Source: Candidatus Latescibacterota bacterium (lineage in GTDB: Bacteria > Latescibacterota > UBA2968 > UBA8231). Taken from it: a DNA stretch of 64,000 bases. The stretch lies in NCBI GenBank assembly GCA_963422735.1, contig OY730476.1, positions 1,952,001-2,016,000 on the forward strand, written 5' to 3'. A program made the position numbers and the translations under genes. Below, one piece after another: positions 47,947-58,804 of this stretch (positions are counted from its first letter, which is position 1; every line of letters starts with the position of its first letter). The notes under the pieces are model-generated. The model was not told where the DNA came from. It worked only from the letters and a program-made list of their open reading frames with translations, and searched no databases.

Positions 47947-48050
47947 CGCAAGCCTCTTTCCGGTGATTTGTATCGTTTTCCTTTGCGGCGCGCAAAAGGG
48001 CCGCTCTAGCCATTGCACACGCGGCCCGGCGACCGCATCTTCCCTTACTT

Positions 48051-49679
48051 ATGAACTCTCGCTGCAACCGCGCCTTGGTTTTGCTGCTCTTGGCCTACCC
48101 AGTCGCTTCCTCCGCTCAGCCCTCGGTGGCCATGTTCGGCTACTCGCTCAGCATGGGCAGCGTCTCCGTTGACCAAGAGCAGCTATATCGCCTTAGCCTC
48201 CGGCCCGACTTCCCCTTGGGCCGCTTGGGCATTGGCCTCGACTTAGAGATCTTTATCGAGCGCAATGGCGACTTCGGCTCCCGCGGCTGGGAGGCTGGCT
48301 CGCCAACCCAAACCTTCGACTCGATCTTGCGCAAGATCTACTACGTGCGCTATGGGCGCCCCAACGACGCGGTTTATGTCAAAATCGGCGCACTCGACGA
48401 CGTGACGCTGGGATACGGCCTCATTATGGACAGCTACCGCAATACCCTGCACTATCCAGGGATCAAGAAAACCGGCCTCCAGTTTCGCATCGCCAATCTC
48501 GCCGGCACTAATATCGGACTCGAAGGAGCGATCAACAACCTGCAAGACTTCCAAGAGGGTGGCGCACTCATTGGGCTGCGAGCCTTTGGATACGCCGCCG
48601 GCCTCGAGCTGGGCTTGACCTTTGTGGCCGATCTCGACCAGTACAGCGGCCTGCGCGACAGCGATTCCGATGGCGTACCCGACCCCATTGATGCCTTCCC
48701 GGACGATGGCGACTTCGCCCTCGACAACGACGACGACGGCGTACCCGACCACAGCGACAGCGACGACGACAACGACGGCATCATAGACGCCGACTCCGGT
48801 AGCGGTCTCTCCGCCGATATTGCCTCCGCCCTGTTGGGGATCAACGCCAATTACGGCGACGCCTTCCCAGTGGACCAAAACGTGGACCGCCACAAGCCCT
48901 TCAATAGAAACCGCGTTGGCCGCGACTTCTTTTCGATCTTGGGCGTGGACGCAAGCTACCCGCTCATCCGCGACCTAGGCATAGAGCTCAAGCTCTACGG
49001 CCAATTCGCCCTACTGCTCGACGACGACGACGCCCTCTCCAGCTTCGAGGCGCAACAGCAGGGGGTTTTCCCTATCAATCGCCAAGCGAACGGGTTCGGG
49101 ATCGCCGCCCCGGGCCTGTGGCTGGCTTTAGGCCCGCTCAACGGCCAACTAGATTTCCGCCACTTTCGCCGCGATTTCGACTCGCGCTACTTCGACGAGT
49201 TGTACGAACTCGACCGCGCCCACCTCGACCTCACCACCGGACAGGCCCAATCCAAGGACGCACGGCTCGGCCACAGCGATAATCTATCTGGGATCTTCGG
49301 TCATTTGGGCACTGAACTCGGCTCGTACGCGTATGCCTCAGCCTCCTATCAGTACCTGAAGGGCACCAGCGACCCCAAACAGCAGCTCATCGCCAGCGCA
49401 TCCCTGTCGCGCAAACTGCTCAAATACTTCCCCCGCCTCAAGCGCGCGTACGCTTATTTTCACAAAAACAATATCGGCCGGAGCCTCAACGCAGACAGCA
49501 CCGGTAGGGACGGCTTCTTCGAGCCGAGCGAGGACACCTTCTATGGCTTTGACATTGGACTGAACATGAAAGAAGGCACATCCGTGCGTTGGGATACTCG
49601 CTTCATCTTTGAGCGCACCGCTAATCGGCGCTTACAGCGCCACAAAATTATGACCCTCGAAACGGTGTTCGACTTTTAA
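48051..49679 (+). CDS. Probable outer-membrane beta-barrel with inserted thrombospondin type-3-like repeats
   Basis: Signal peptide SSA|Q; KIYYVRYG and LGYGLIM motifs; insert DSDSDGVPD..DAFP..DNDDDGVPD..DSDDDNDGIID; ends LETVFDF. Confidence 0.7.
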   Translation: MNSRCNRALVLLLLAYPVASSAQPSVAMFGYSLSMGSVSVDQEQLYRLSLRPDFPLGRLGIGLDLEIFIERNGDFGSRGWEAGSPTQTFDSILRKIYYVRYGRPNDAVYVKIGALDDVTLGYGLIMDSYRNTLHYPGIKKTGLQFRIANLAGTNIGLEGAINNLQDFQEGGALIGLRAFGYAAGLELGLTFVADLDQYSGLRDSDSDGVPDPIDAFPDDGDFALDNDDDGVPDHSDSDDDNDGIIDADSGSGLSADIASALLGINANYGDAFPVDQNVDRHKPFNRNRVGRDFFSILGVDASYPLIRDLGIELKLYGQFALLLDDDDALSSFEAQQQGVFPINRQANGFGIAAPGLWLALGPLNGQLDFRHFRRDFDSRYFDELYELDRAHLDLTTGQAQSKDARLGHSDNLSGIFGHLGTELGSYAYASASYQYLKGTSDPKQQLIASASLSRKLLKYFPRLKRAYAYFHKNNIGRSLNADSTGRDGFFEPSEDTFYGFDIGLNMKEGTSVRWDTRFIFERTANRRLQRHKIMTLETVFDF

Positions 49680-49680
49680 T

Positions 49681-50793
49681 ATGAAAATCACTCGCGTATC
49701 CGCCCATTACCTGCGCCTACCCGACATCACCGCTCGCTGCGACGGCACACAGGACACCTGTCTGATCCAAATAGAAACCAACGCTGGTATCACCGGCTGG
49801 GGCGAAGTTGATTCGGCCCCCACTGTGGTCAAGGCCGTCGTCGAGGCCCCGCTCTCCCACCAGATTAGCAACGGCCTCGCCAACGCGTTAGAGGGCCTGG
49901 ACCCGCTGGCCATCGACGTATGCGGGGATCGCATGCTCGACGCGGCCAATTACTACGGCCGCGTCGGCGTGGGCATGCACGCCATGGCCGGCGTCAACCT
50001 CGCGCTGTGGGACATTGCGGGTAAAGCACACAATTGCCCGGCCTACAAGCTGCTCGGCGGTCCCTATCAAACCAGATTCCGCACGTATTGCTCCATCCTC
50101 TTCGGCGACACGCCGCAAGAGACCGGCGAACTGGCCCGCCGTTTTGCCGGCGAGGGATTCACGGCTATCAAGTTCGGCTGGGGACCCATGGGCCAAAACG
50201 AGGCAAACGACATCGCCTTGGTGCGCGAAGCACGGAAGGGGGCTGGGCCGGATGTGGACATCTTGGTGGACGCGGGGCAGGTATGGGACTGGAAGACCGG
50301 CTTCAAGCGCGCCGAGCAGTTCGCCGAGTACGGCATATTCTGGCTCGAAGAACCTTTGCACCCCGAGGATGTCGAGGGCTATGCTCATCTCTGCGAGCGC
50401 AGTCCGGTGCCCATCGCCGCGGGCGAGGCCGAGTCGCGCTATCAGGACTTTGAGCGGCTGCTCGTCAATGGCTGCATCGACTGGGTTCAGCCGGACCCAG
50501 GCCGCTGCGGGCTTTCGGCGATGGTCGAGGTCGGCCGCCTCGCTCACCGCCTGCATCGCAAGGTCGTCAACCACTCGTTCAAAAGCGGCATCACCATTGC
50601 AGCTTCCCTGCACGGACTTGCGGCAGTTCCCCACGGCGAGCTCTTTGAATACTGCATGGCCGACTCTCCTTTGCGCCACGACCTGACGCACGAAAAATTC
50701 GCGGTCGTCGATGGCTACGTTCACGTGCCGGAGGGGCCGGGCTTGGGTGTAACCATCAATGAAGAGATCGTAGAAAAGTACCTAGTGAATTAA
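49681..50793 (+). CDS. Mandelate racemase/muconate lactonizing enzyme family protein
   Basis: GITGWGE, ALWDIAGKA, KFGW, VDAG, WLEEP, AAGE, QPD and PGLGV motifs. Confidence 0.92.
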   Translation: MKITRVSAHYLRLPDITARCDGTQDTCLIQIETNAGITGWGEVDSAPTVVKAVVEAPLSHQISNGLANALEGLDPLAIDVCGDRMLDAANYYGRVGVGMHAMAGVNLALWDIAGKAHNCPAYKLLGGPYQTRFRTYCSILFGDTPQETGELARRFAGEGFTAIKFGWGPMGQNEANDIALVREARKGAGPDVDILVDAGQVWDWKTGFKRAEQFAEYGIFWLEEPLHPEDVEGYAHLCERSPVPIAAGEAESRYQDFERLLVNGCIDWVQPDPGRCGLSAMVEVGRLAHRLHRKVVNHSFKSGITIAASLHGLAAVPHGELFEYCMADSPLRHDLTHEKFAVVDGYVHVPEGPGLGVTINEEIVEKYLVN

Positions 50794-50811
50794 CCCAAGG
50801 GGTTTTCCACC

Positions 50812-51945
50812 ATGCCCGATCGCCCTACGCTCATCATAGACGGCCACCTCGACTTGGCCTTCAACGCCCTGCACCACCGCCGTGATCTCACCCAAGACGT
50901 CCATGTCCTGCGCGAGCGCGAAGACCCCAAACCCCCAGGCCCTTCGCACCCCGACTCGCTGCGCGACAGAAAGCGCTCCGAAAGCACCTCGCGCGGCATC
51001 GCCACCGTATCCCTGCCGCAAATGCGCCAAGGCTGCGTCGGTATCGCACTCTCGACCATTATGTGCCGAGTGCAGATGCCTACCGGCCTCCTCGACGACG
51101 GCATGAGAACTCAAGAAGCGGCCCACGCCATCGGCCAATCGCATCTTCACTACTACAAAGCACTAGAGCGCGAAGGCCAACTGCGCTTCATCCGCGACCC
51201 AACTGAACTCGACGTGGCCATCGCCGCTTGGCAAAACCCCGACCCAACGACTCCGATCGGCCTGATTCTGAGCATGGAAAGTGCCGACCCCATCTTAGGC
51301 CCCGAGCAAGTAAGCTGGTGGTGGGAGCAGGGCCTGCGATCGGTAGGTCTGACGCATTTTGGTGCCAATACTTGGGGGCATGGCACCGGCACCCGCGGCG
51401 GGTTGTACGCCGATGCCTATCCCCTGCTCGATGCCCTCGCCGCAACGAACATCGCCCTCGATCTGACCCACGCCTCGGATTTGGTCTTCTGGCAGCTTTT
51501 GGACTACTGGTCGGGGCCGGTCCACGCCAGCCACTGCAACTGCCGTGCCCTTGTCCCCGGCCAGCGACACCTCAGCGACGAAATGATCCAAGCCCTTGTC
51601 GAGCGCGGCGGCGTCATCGGCGCGGTCTTTGCCGAATTCATGCTCAATTCCGCTATTGACTTCGACGATCCAGCAACCTATCCGCAAACTGCCCGCCGCC
51701 CCATGTCGGCCGCCGTCGATCACATCGATCACATCTGCCAACTCGCTGGCAACTGCGACCACGTCGCCATTGGCTCCGACCTAGACGGAGGCTTCGGGCG
51801 CGAAATGGCACCTATTGACTACGACACCATTGCCGACCTACAGCGCTTCCTCGACATCCTCGACCGGCGGGGCTACTCGACCAACGATATTGCAGCTATA
51901 GCCCACGGCAACCTCTTGCGCTTCTTCCGCCAAGCCTGGAGCTAG
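50812..51945 (+). CDS. Membrane dipeptidase (peptidase M19) family, copy 1
   Basis: DGHLD, MESADP, DLTH, ASHCN, HIDHICQ and GSDLDGG motifs. Confidence 0.9.
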   Translation: MPDRPTLIIDGHLDLAFNALHHRRDLTQDVHVLREREDPKPPGPSHPDSLRDRKRSESTSRGIATVSLPQMRQGCVGIALSTIMCRVQMPTGLLDDGMRTQEAAHAIGQSHLHYYKALEREGQLRFIRDPTELDVAIAAWQNPDPTTPIGLILSMESADPILGPEQVSWWWEQGLRSVGLTHFGANTWGHGTGTRGGLYADAYPLLDALAATNIALDLTHASDLVFWQLLDYWSGPVHASHCNCRALVPGQRHLSDEMIQALVERGGVIGAVFAEFMLNSAIDFDDPATYPQTARRPMSAAVDHIDHICQLAGNCDHVAIGSDLDGGFGREMAPIDYDTIADLQRFLDILDRRGYSTNDIAAIAHGNLLRFFRQAWS

Positions 51946-51949
51946 TATA

Positions 51950-53038
51950 ATGACCGACGCCCGCCCGCTGATCCTCGACAGCCACCTCGATCTAGCTTTC
52001 TCCGCCCTGCAAATCAACCGCGACCTGACGCAAAAGGCGTCCACCGTGCGCGTTCACGACTCGGTGCAGACCATGGAGGGCTTTGGCTCCTGCACGGTGA
52101 CCTTCCCCGAGCTACGCCGCGGTAAGGTCGGCCTCTTCTGCGGCACGGTGATGTCGCGTCTGGACCCGAACGATCGGTGGACCCGCACTGGCATGTACTG
52201 CCAAGCCCAGTGCCACGGCGTCGGCCGCGGGCATCTGGCTTATTACCAAGCACTCGAGCGCACAGGTTTGCTCCGCTTTGTCAAAAGCCGTGCCGATCTA
52301 GACGAAACCATCGCCGCTTGGCAAGACCCCAATCCAACGACTCCCTTCGGCTTAATCCTCGCCATGGAGAGCGCCGACCCCATTTTAGGCCCGGACCAAG
52401 TGCCCGAGTGGCGCGAACTCGGCTTGCGCCTAGTGTCGATCTCGCATTACGGCATCAGCACCTACTCGCACGGCACCGGCACCGAAGGCGGGCTGTTGCC
52501 GCCGGCCAAACCCCTGCTCGACGCACTCAAAGCGGCCGGCATTATCATCGACTTGACCCATTTGACCGACCAAGCCCACTGGGAGCTCTTGGAAGCGTAC
52601 GACGGCCCGGTCTGCGCTTCGCACCACAATTGTCGCACCTTAGTCCCCGGCCAGCGCCAACTCACCGACGAAATGATCCGCTCCATCGCCGAGCGCAATG
52701 GGGTCATCGGCACGGCTTTTGACGCCTGGATGCTCGACCCGGGCTGGCAACGCAAAGTTCCTGCCTTTGAGCAACTGACTAACGCCACTTTGGAAACCGT
52801 TGCCGACCACATCGACCACATCTGCCAGCTTTTGGGCACGTCGCGCCACTGCGGCATTGGCACCGATCTCGACGGCGGCTTCGGCACCGAGCAAGCCCCG
52901 CGCAACCTCAACACCATCGCCGATCTGCAAAAACTCCAGCCCATCCTCGCGCACCGTGGCTATTCGCCAGCAGACATCGCAGGCATTTTCTCCGGCAACT
53001 GGATCCAGTTCTTTAAGGACGTGTGGAGCCGCTCTTAA
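51950..53038 (+). CDS. Membrane dipeptidase (peptidase M19) family, copy 2
   Basis: DSHLD, MESADP, DLTH, ASHHN, HIDHICQ and GTDLDGG motifs; tandem paralog of copy 1. Confidence 0.9.
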   Translation: MTDARPLILDSHLDLAFSALQINRDLTQKASTVRVHDSVQTMEGFGSCTVTFPELRRGKVGLFCGTVMSRLDPNDRWTRTGMYCQAQCHGVGRGHLAYYQALERTGLLRFVKSRADLDETIAAWQDPNPTTPFGLILAMESADPILGPDQVPEWRELGLRLVSISHYGISTYSHGTGTEGGLLPPAKPLLDALKAAGIIIDLTHLTDQAHWELLEAYDGPVCASHHNCRTLVPGQRQLTDEMIRSIAERNGVIGTAFDAWMLDPGWQRKVPAFEQLTNATLETVADHIDHICQLLGTSRHCGIGTDLDGGFGTEQAPRNLNTIADLQKLQPILAHRGYSPADIAGIFSGNWIQFFKDVWSRS

Positions 53039-53198
53039 TCTGCAACAACATCTGAGCCTGTTCCTGCTTTCTCTTTCTTTTCGTTACAAATCGTTCAAAT
53101 TTTTCTCTCCTTCTTGTCATTATCGCCATTTTTGCCTATACTTTGCTCAAGTTAATTACATAATAATTTTTAAACTATTTATTTAGGGAGAAATTGAC

Positions 53199-54917
53199 AT
53201 GGCGAGAGGAGCCGACAAAGTCATCGAAGCGCTCGACCGCTTCGGCGTCGAGTACGTCTTCGGCCATCCGGGCGGCGCGGCCATGCCCATCTTCGACGCG
53301 CTGCTCAACTCCAAGCAGATCCGCTTTGTCCTCACCCGGCACGAGCAAGGCGCGACCCACATGGCCGACGGCTACGCTCGCGCCACTGGCAAGCCCGGCG
53401 TCGCCCTCGTAACCTCCGGTCCGGGCGCAACCAACACCATCACTGGCCTGCTAACCGCGCTGATGGATTCCTCGCCCGTCGTCGCACTTACCGGCCAGAC
53501 CGTCACTCCCATGCTCGGCAAAGATGCCTTTCAGGAGGCCGATGTCTTCGGCATCTCCATGCCCGTCGTTAAGCACTCCTATTTGGTCAGGGACCCCAAT
53601 GACATCCCCCGCGTGATGACCGAGGCATTCCACATCGCCACCACCGGCCGACAGGGGCCGGTGCTCGTCGATCTGCCCAAGGACGTTACGCAGGGCGGCC
53701 CCTTCCCCGAATGCACCGCCGATTTTCCAGAGAAGGTGTACTTGCCTGGTTACACTTGGCAGACCAAGCCCGCGCCCGAACTGCTCGAAGCCGCCGCTGC
53801 CCTCCTGCGCCGCAGTAAGCGCCCCCTGCTCTACTTGGGTGGTGGCTGCATTGCCTCAAGCGCCCACGAAGTCGCCAAGGCCTTTGCCGAAAAGACGCGG
53901 ATGCCCGTGACCAACACTCTGCTCGGCAAGGGAGCGTTCCCCGAGCAGCACGCGCTCTCGGTGGGTATGCTCGGCATGCACGGCACGGCCTACGCCAACA
54001 AGGCTGTCGTCGGCTGCGACCTGATTATGTCGGTGGGGGGGCGCTGGGACGACCGGATCACCGGCAAACTCTCGGAATTCTGCCCGGATGCGAAAAAGAT
54101 CCACATCGACATCGACCCGGCCGAATACGGCAAAGTGGTCATGCCCGATGTTTTTATCGAGGGCGATGCACGCCAAGTGCTCGAAGAACTAATCAACTAC
54201 GTCGAGCCGATTGACACGGCAGCTTGGCTCGCCCAAATCGACGAGTGGAAGGCGAAATACCCGCTCAAATATGGCAAGCGCGGCGGTCTCAAGATGCAGG
54301 CTGTCATCGACCGTCTGTACGAGCTAACCGCTGGCCGCGCCGTGGTGACCACCGACGTCGGCCAGCATCAGATGTGGGCGGCTCAGTTCTACAAGACAGC
54401 CCACCACCGCCAGTGGCTTTCCTCCGGTGGTGCTGGCACCATGGGCTTTGGCTTTCCCGCGGCCATCGGCGCCCAATTTGGCCGCCCCGAAGAGATCGTG
54501 GTCGCCATCTGCGGCGACGGCGGCTTCCAGATGACCCTGTGCGAACTGGCCACTGCTGTCATCCACCGGCTGCCAATTAAGATCCTAGTCCTCGACAACA
54601 AGTACTTGGGCATGGTTCGCCAATGGCAGAATCTCTTCTTCGACAACCGCCTTTCCGGCGTCGATCTAGAGGGCAATCCCGATTTTTTCAAGCTCGCCGA
54701 GGCCTACGGGGCCAAGGGCTTCCGCATCAAGCGCACCGCCGACATCGACAAAGCCCTCAAGCAGGCTCTTGCCTACGACGAAGGCCCCTGCGTCATCCAC
54801 GCCGAGTGCGAAAAAGAAGACAACGTCTTCCCAATGATCCCGGCTGGGGCCGCGCTCACCGATATGCTGGTCGAGGCCCCCAAGCAGAAATTGGCCCAAC
54901 CCAAAGGAAGTACCTGA
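53199..54917 (+). CDS. ilvB: Acetolactate synthase, large subunit
   Basis: [35 protein letters not shown] and the GDG...N ThDP motif. Confidence 0.97.
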   Translation: MARGADKVIEALDRFGVEYVFGHPGGAAMPIFDALLNSKQIRFVLTRHEQGATHMADGYARATGKPGVALVTSGPGATNTITGLLTALMDSSPVVALTGQTVTPMLGKDAFQEADVFGISMPVVKHSYLVRDPNDIPRVMTEAFHIATTGRQGPVLVDLPKDVTQGGPFPECTADFPEKVYLPGYTWQTKPAPELLEAAAALLRRSKRPLLYLGGGCIASSAHEVAKAFAEKTRMPVTNTLLGKGAFPEQHALSVGMLGMHGTAYANKAVVGCDLIMSVGGRWDDRITGKLSEFCPDAKKIHIDIDPAEYGKVVMPDVFIEGDARQVLEELINYVEPIDTAAWLAQIDEWKAKYPLKYGKRGGLKMQAVIDRLYELTAGRAVVTTDVGQHQMWAAQFYKTAHHRQWLSSGGAGTMGFGFPAAIGAQFGRPEEIVVAICGDGGFQMTLCELATAVIHRLPIKILVLDNKYLGMVRQWQNLFFDNRLSGVDLEGNPDFFKLAEAYGAKGFRIKRTADIDKALKQALAYDEGPCVIHAECEKEDNVFPMIPAGAALTDMLVEAPKQKLAQPKGST

Positions 54918-55495
54918 TGCCTACGACTGCCATCGACTTTGCCGCCGCAGACCTCAACGCCCGCCAAGAGGCTGTGGACGCGCCACAACTCAAGCCGACC
55001 GAGCCCCAGCAAAAAACGACCATCGGCCTGTTGGTCAACGACCGTCCCGGCGTCCTAGTGAGGATCGCCCAGTGCTTCGCTCGCCGCGGCTACAATATCG
55101 AGAATCTAGTTGTCTCGCCGGCCCACATCCCCCAGTGCTCGCGCATGACCATCACCAGCATTGGCCCCGCCGCCGAGTTGCATCAGATCATTCTCCAACT
55201 CAACAAATTAGTCGATGTCATTCACGCCAAGGACCACCCGGCCGACAACGCGATTACCCGCGAATTGGCTCTCTTCAAGGTCGGCTGCTCGGTCGCCGAG
55301 CGCACCGAGGTCTTGCAGATCGCCGAAGTATTCCGCGGCAAGACGGTCGATATTTCAGAGGCGACCATCACCATCGAGGCCACTGGCACCACCGAGAAGA
55401 TGGATGCGCTCGAATCGCTTTTGAGCAAATTCGACCTCAAGGAGATGGTTCGCACTGGCAAGGTGGTCATGGCCCGCGGCATCGAGCCAACATAA
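54917..55495 (+). CDS. ilvN: Acetolactate synthase, small (regulatory) subunit
   Basis: ATG overlaps the ilvB stop (TGATG); DRPGVLVRI..FARRGYNI, QLNKLVDV, RELAL.KV and EMVRTG motifs. Confidence 0.95.
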   Translation: MPTTAIDFAAADLNARQEAVDAPQLKPTEPQQKTTIGLLVNDRPGVLVRIAQCFARRGYNIENLVVSPAHIPQCSRMTITSIGPAAELHQIILQLNKLVDVIHAKDHPADNAITRELALFKVGCSVAERTEVLQIAEVFRGKTVDISEATITIEATGTTEKMDALESLLSKFDLKEMVRTGKVVMARGIEPT

Positions 55496-55529
55496 AAAAA
55501 GGGGGACGGGCATCGCCCGTCCCCCTTTT
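55495..55529. terminator. Bidirectional intrinsic terminator
   Basis: AAAA-GGGGGACGGGC-ATC-GCCCGTCCCCC-TTTT between the convergent ilvN and TonB-dependent receptor genes. Confidence 0.9.
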
Positions 55530-55546
55530 GCCTGCTGTACCTTCCC

Positions 55547-58420
55547 TTAAAACGCCACGCCCAATTGCCCAAAGACCAAGCGGCCGATCTCCGGTGCTCC
55601 AATAAAGGTCCGGTGCTTGTTGTCGAGCGCGTTGGAAACATCTACTCCGAGCCGCAAGCTGCGGCCGAACGGCAGCAGGTAACTCGCGTTCAAATCGAGT
55701 AGTGAATATGCGTCCACATCCCCGACGAATACTCCCGCCTGCTGGCGGAACGCCCCCACGTAGCGCCACTGCGCCCCTAGGGTCAGTTGCGGTTGGTCGA
55801 AGGTGTAGGACGTGCCTAGCTTGAATTTGTTCGCCGGCGCGTTGAGGGCCACGTCGGCAATGCCATCGACATTTTTAAATAAGGTCTCATCGACATAAGA
55901 ATAGCTGCCCGTTAGCGACCATTGCTCGCTAGGGAAATAGGCCAAGCTCACATCCAAGCCGTTAAGGGTGATCTCGCCGAAGTTGCGATAGGTCAACATT
56001 ACTGCCGTCGGGTCGTAGGCCTGCTCCGGCGTAACCGTGCCAAACGGTATGCTCGCGGCCCCACCAGCAAACAAAGTGACAATTTCATCGACCGGAGAAA
56101 CATTGCCGTTGCCAGACAAGGTGCCCGGCACCTGCATATTGTCGAGTGGGGCAACCGCCGCGGCCAACTCTGCATTCTCGGCCAGCGCCTCGCTGAGGCT
56201 GGCACCTAGGGCCACTCCCAGACTTTCCGAATCGAGAAAGACATTGGGCGTCTGGACCTGAAGCGGGGAGACGAAATCTTGGATCCGGGTGTGATATAGG
56301 TCGGCGGCTACCACTAACTTGTTGCCAATTAGCCCCTTGTAGCCCAATTCATAAGTCTCGGTGGTTGTCGAGCGGGTCAGCGGTACATCAAAAACATCGG
56401 CTACCGGATCAAAGGGTGCCGAATCGCCGGCAGCCACCTTCTCGAGGTTGAGCATACTTAGGGCGTTGTCCAACCCCGTCAGTTGTTCGGGTACCAGCGA
56501 AACTAACCCGTCCAATAGCTGCTGGGCGGCAGCTTCCGCCGCTGCTTGGTCTAGCCCTTGCAGCACCCCTATTTGGGTCGCCGCTAGTCCTAGAAAAAGC
56601 GGTGTATTGAGTCTGCTCAACACGCCCCTGCGTCCCAGCCCCCACATCACATTGGTAAAGCTCGAATCCCCCAAGTCGATGAAGTCGGCCGGCTTCATCT
56701 CCGCCAACGGCGCGAAGGGCGAGCGGAACTGCGGCCGGCCATTGCCCGACCGGGCGAAGGTCCAGCCGCTGGCAAAGCCCTCGCGATAGGTTCCCTGCAC
56801 GCGGATATCGATGGCCGGCGCAAACCCCAGAGACGGCTCAAAATTCTTGCCCAAATCGAAGGCATCCTGCCTAGAGCGGATATCCAAATAGAGGTTGTTG
56901 CTCGACGGAGTGGCAAAGGCGCGGTTGTACGTCAGCCTCAGGGTCTGGGTCTCTTTGGGCTTGAAGACCAGCCCGGCGCGCGGCGAAATTTCGGCGTCGG
57001 CAATGCGGTTGTGGTCGTCGTAGCGCAGGGCCACCACCAAGTCGAGCATCTCGCTCAGGGCCGTCTCGCTCTGCACGTAGGCCCCAAACTCGTCGATCTG
57101 GTCGTAGTCTTCGTTGCCGCCGTTGATGGTTCCCTTGGTATCGGGCCTCGTCAGCAGCACATCTGCACCGTAAGTAAAGTGCTGCCGCACTCCCAGCGAC
57201 GAAGAGTGCTGGAGCTGGAACGCGGTCAGCTTGGAATTATCGACGATCGGCTGGCCATCGCGCAGGGTAAAGGTCTTGCCGGCGTTGCTCCCGTTCTGGA
57301 AGACTTGGGCGAACCAATTCTTGTACAGCAGGCGAAGCTGGACGTAGTTGTACGCCCAGTCTTGGGTCTGGCCGGCTCCTAAGCCGGTCAACTCGATCTG
57401 GTCGCCCTTGCTGTATCCGGCCGCCAAAATGGCCGTCAAGTCGTCTGCGGGCCGGTAGTCCAAGCGCACTTCAGCGCTCTGGCGCTCAATGTCAAAATCG
57501 CGCGGTGGGATGTCTGGATTGGCGGCTCTAGCCTGCACCTCCTCTGGGTCTTCGTATTCCCAGTCCATTCCCGTATAGTACTGGGCCGAAACCTTGTAGC
57601 CGAGGCGGTCGCCAACAGCCCCGGCGTGGCGCATACCGACTTGGTACACACTTCGCTCGCCCAAGCCAAAGTTGACATTAGTTCCCGCCGAAGTAAACGG
57701 CGAACGAGTGATGATGTGCATCACGCCACTAGCACTATTAGGCCCGTAGAGTGCCGACCCCGGCCCCAATACCACCTCGATGCGCTCGATATCGCCGTTG
57801 GTCACCGGAATGAAATTGTAGGCATTCAGTCGCAAAGAGGGGACGCGGGCAATGCGATTGTCGGTCAGCGTCAGCAAGGCACCCGAAAAGATATTGTTGA
57901 ATCCCCGTACGACCACATTGCTTTGCACCAAACCGGTCTGGGAAAAATCTACCGCCGGCAGGTCGCGGATGTGTTCGGCGACGCTGAGTGCCGGCCGATT
58001 GCGGATCTCTTTGGCCTCGACCACCGCCACTGAGGCCGGGGCGTTGAGAATTTTTTCCTGACGCCGCGAGGCCGAGACTACATTCTGGTCGAGGAAGATG
58101 ATCCCGGTCTCCAGCGTCAGCATCAGCTCCTGCTCGCCAGCGACGATGCCAACCCCTTCTCGCGTTAGGGACCGATAGCCGATGTGCGTGACGCTGAGCT
58201 GATACTCGCCGGTCGGCAGCCCCTCCAAGCGGAAGCGACCCTCTTCGTCGGTGGCCGTGCCGGTCTTGCCGCTCGGCAGCAGGTCGCCGACGAGGACGAT
58301 GTTGGCACCCGGGATGGCTTCGCCCTCCGGCCCCACCACGACACCGGCAAGCGTTCCTTCCTCGCCGAAGGCGACGCCCGCCCACAGCACGAAGGCATAT
58401 AATAGCAGCTTGTACTTCAT
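55547..58420 (-). CDS. TonB-dependent receptor with N-terminal carboxypeptidase-regulatory-like domain
   Basis: Signal peptide; PIPGAN-like N-domain; VVSASR, RGFN and IERIEVVLGPGSALYG plug motifs; ends N.LD...GRLVFGQLGVAF. Confidence 0.93.
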   Translation of the reverse strand: MKYKLLLYAFVLWAGVAFGEEGTLAGVVVGPEGEAIPGANIVLVGDLLPSGKTGTATDEEGRFRLEGLPTGEYQLSVTHIGYRSLTREGVGIVAGEQELMLTLETGIIFLDQNVVSASRRQEKILNAPASVAVVEAKEIRNRPALSVAEHIRDLPAVDFSQTGLVQSNVVVRGFNNIFSGALLTLTDNRIARVPSLRLNAYNFIPVTNGDIERIEVVLGPGSALYGPNSASGVMHIITRSPFTSAGTNVNFGLGERSVYQVGMRHAGAVGDRLGYKVSAQYYTGMDWEYEDPEEVQARAANPDIPPRDFDIERQSAEVRLDYRPADDLTAILAAGYSKGDQIELTGLGAGQTQDWAYNYVQLRLLYKNWFAQVFQNGSNAGKTFTLRDGQPIVDNSKLTAFQLQHSSSLGVRQHFTYGADVLLTRPDTKGTINGGNEDYDQIDEFGAYVQSETALSEMLDLVVALRYDDHNRIADAEISPRAGLVFKPKETQTLRLTYNRAFATPSSNNLYLDIRSRQDAFDLGKNFEPSLGFAPAIDIRVQGTYREGFASGWTFARSGNGRPQFRSPFAPLAEMKPADFIDLGDSSFTNVMWGLGRRGVLSRLNTPLFLGLAATQIGVLQGLDQAAAEAAAQQLLDGLVSLVPEQLTGLDNALSMLNLEKVAAGDSAPFDPVADVFDVPLTRSTTTETYELGYKGLIGNKLVVAADLYHTRIQDFVSPLQVQTPNVFLDSESLGVALGASLSEALAENAELAAAVAPLDNMQVPGTLSGNGNVSPVDEIVTLFAGGAASIPFGTVTPEQAYDPTAVMLTYRNFGEITLNGLDVSLAYFPSEQWSLTGSYSYVDETLFKNVDGIADVALNAPANKFKLGTSYTFDQPQLTLGAQWRYVGAFRQQAGVFVGDVDAYSLLDLNASYLLPFGRSLRLGVDVSNALDNKHRTFIGAPEIGRLVFGQLGVAF

Positions 58421-58489
58421 AATTAGCTCCTTGTTTTTGGCCCAAATCTACCCCCAAGCACATGATCCCGCTACCCCTATACCTGAATA

Positions 58490-58611
58490 AGCAGCGTTGT
58501 GCAGCGTCTGCCGCTTGCTGCCACCGACCCGGGGTCATTCCCGCGCAAGGGGGAATCCAAGGGGGCGGATCGAGCTACCGCTACCGGCTGTCAGAACTGC
58601 GTAACGTCAGT
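58490..58611. mobile_element. MITE-like element, copy 2 (~122 bp, left end degenerate)
   Basis: GTCATTCCCGCGCAAGGGGGAATCCA (58534-58559) and right end ACTGCGTAACGTCAGT (58596-58611), with nearly the same spacing as copy 1. Confidence 0.55.
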
Positions 58612-58804
58612 AAGCAATCTCGCAGCGCATTACCGAGCAAAGGCAAAATCGCTTCTTCAGGCATCTCGTCGCGTAGCGATAGCTCGGTCTATCTCCACTT
58701 CCCATCCTTTCTCCTCTACAGGTCCCGCCGCTCTATTGATTCCCCGCGCCTCCATTGCGTATTTTCCCAGCCTTAATTCACCCACGCTATCGGAGACTTA
58801 TTCC

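Noticed and set aside
53039-53198. ilv attenuator or leader peptide upstream of ilvB
   Set aside because: AT-rich promoter-like spacer, but no convincing short Ile/Leu/Val-rich leader with a terminator hairpin and no T-box.
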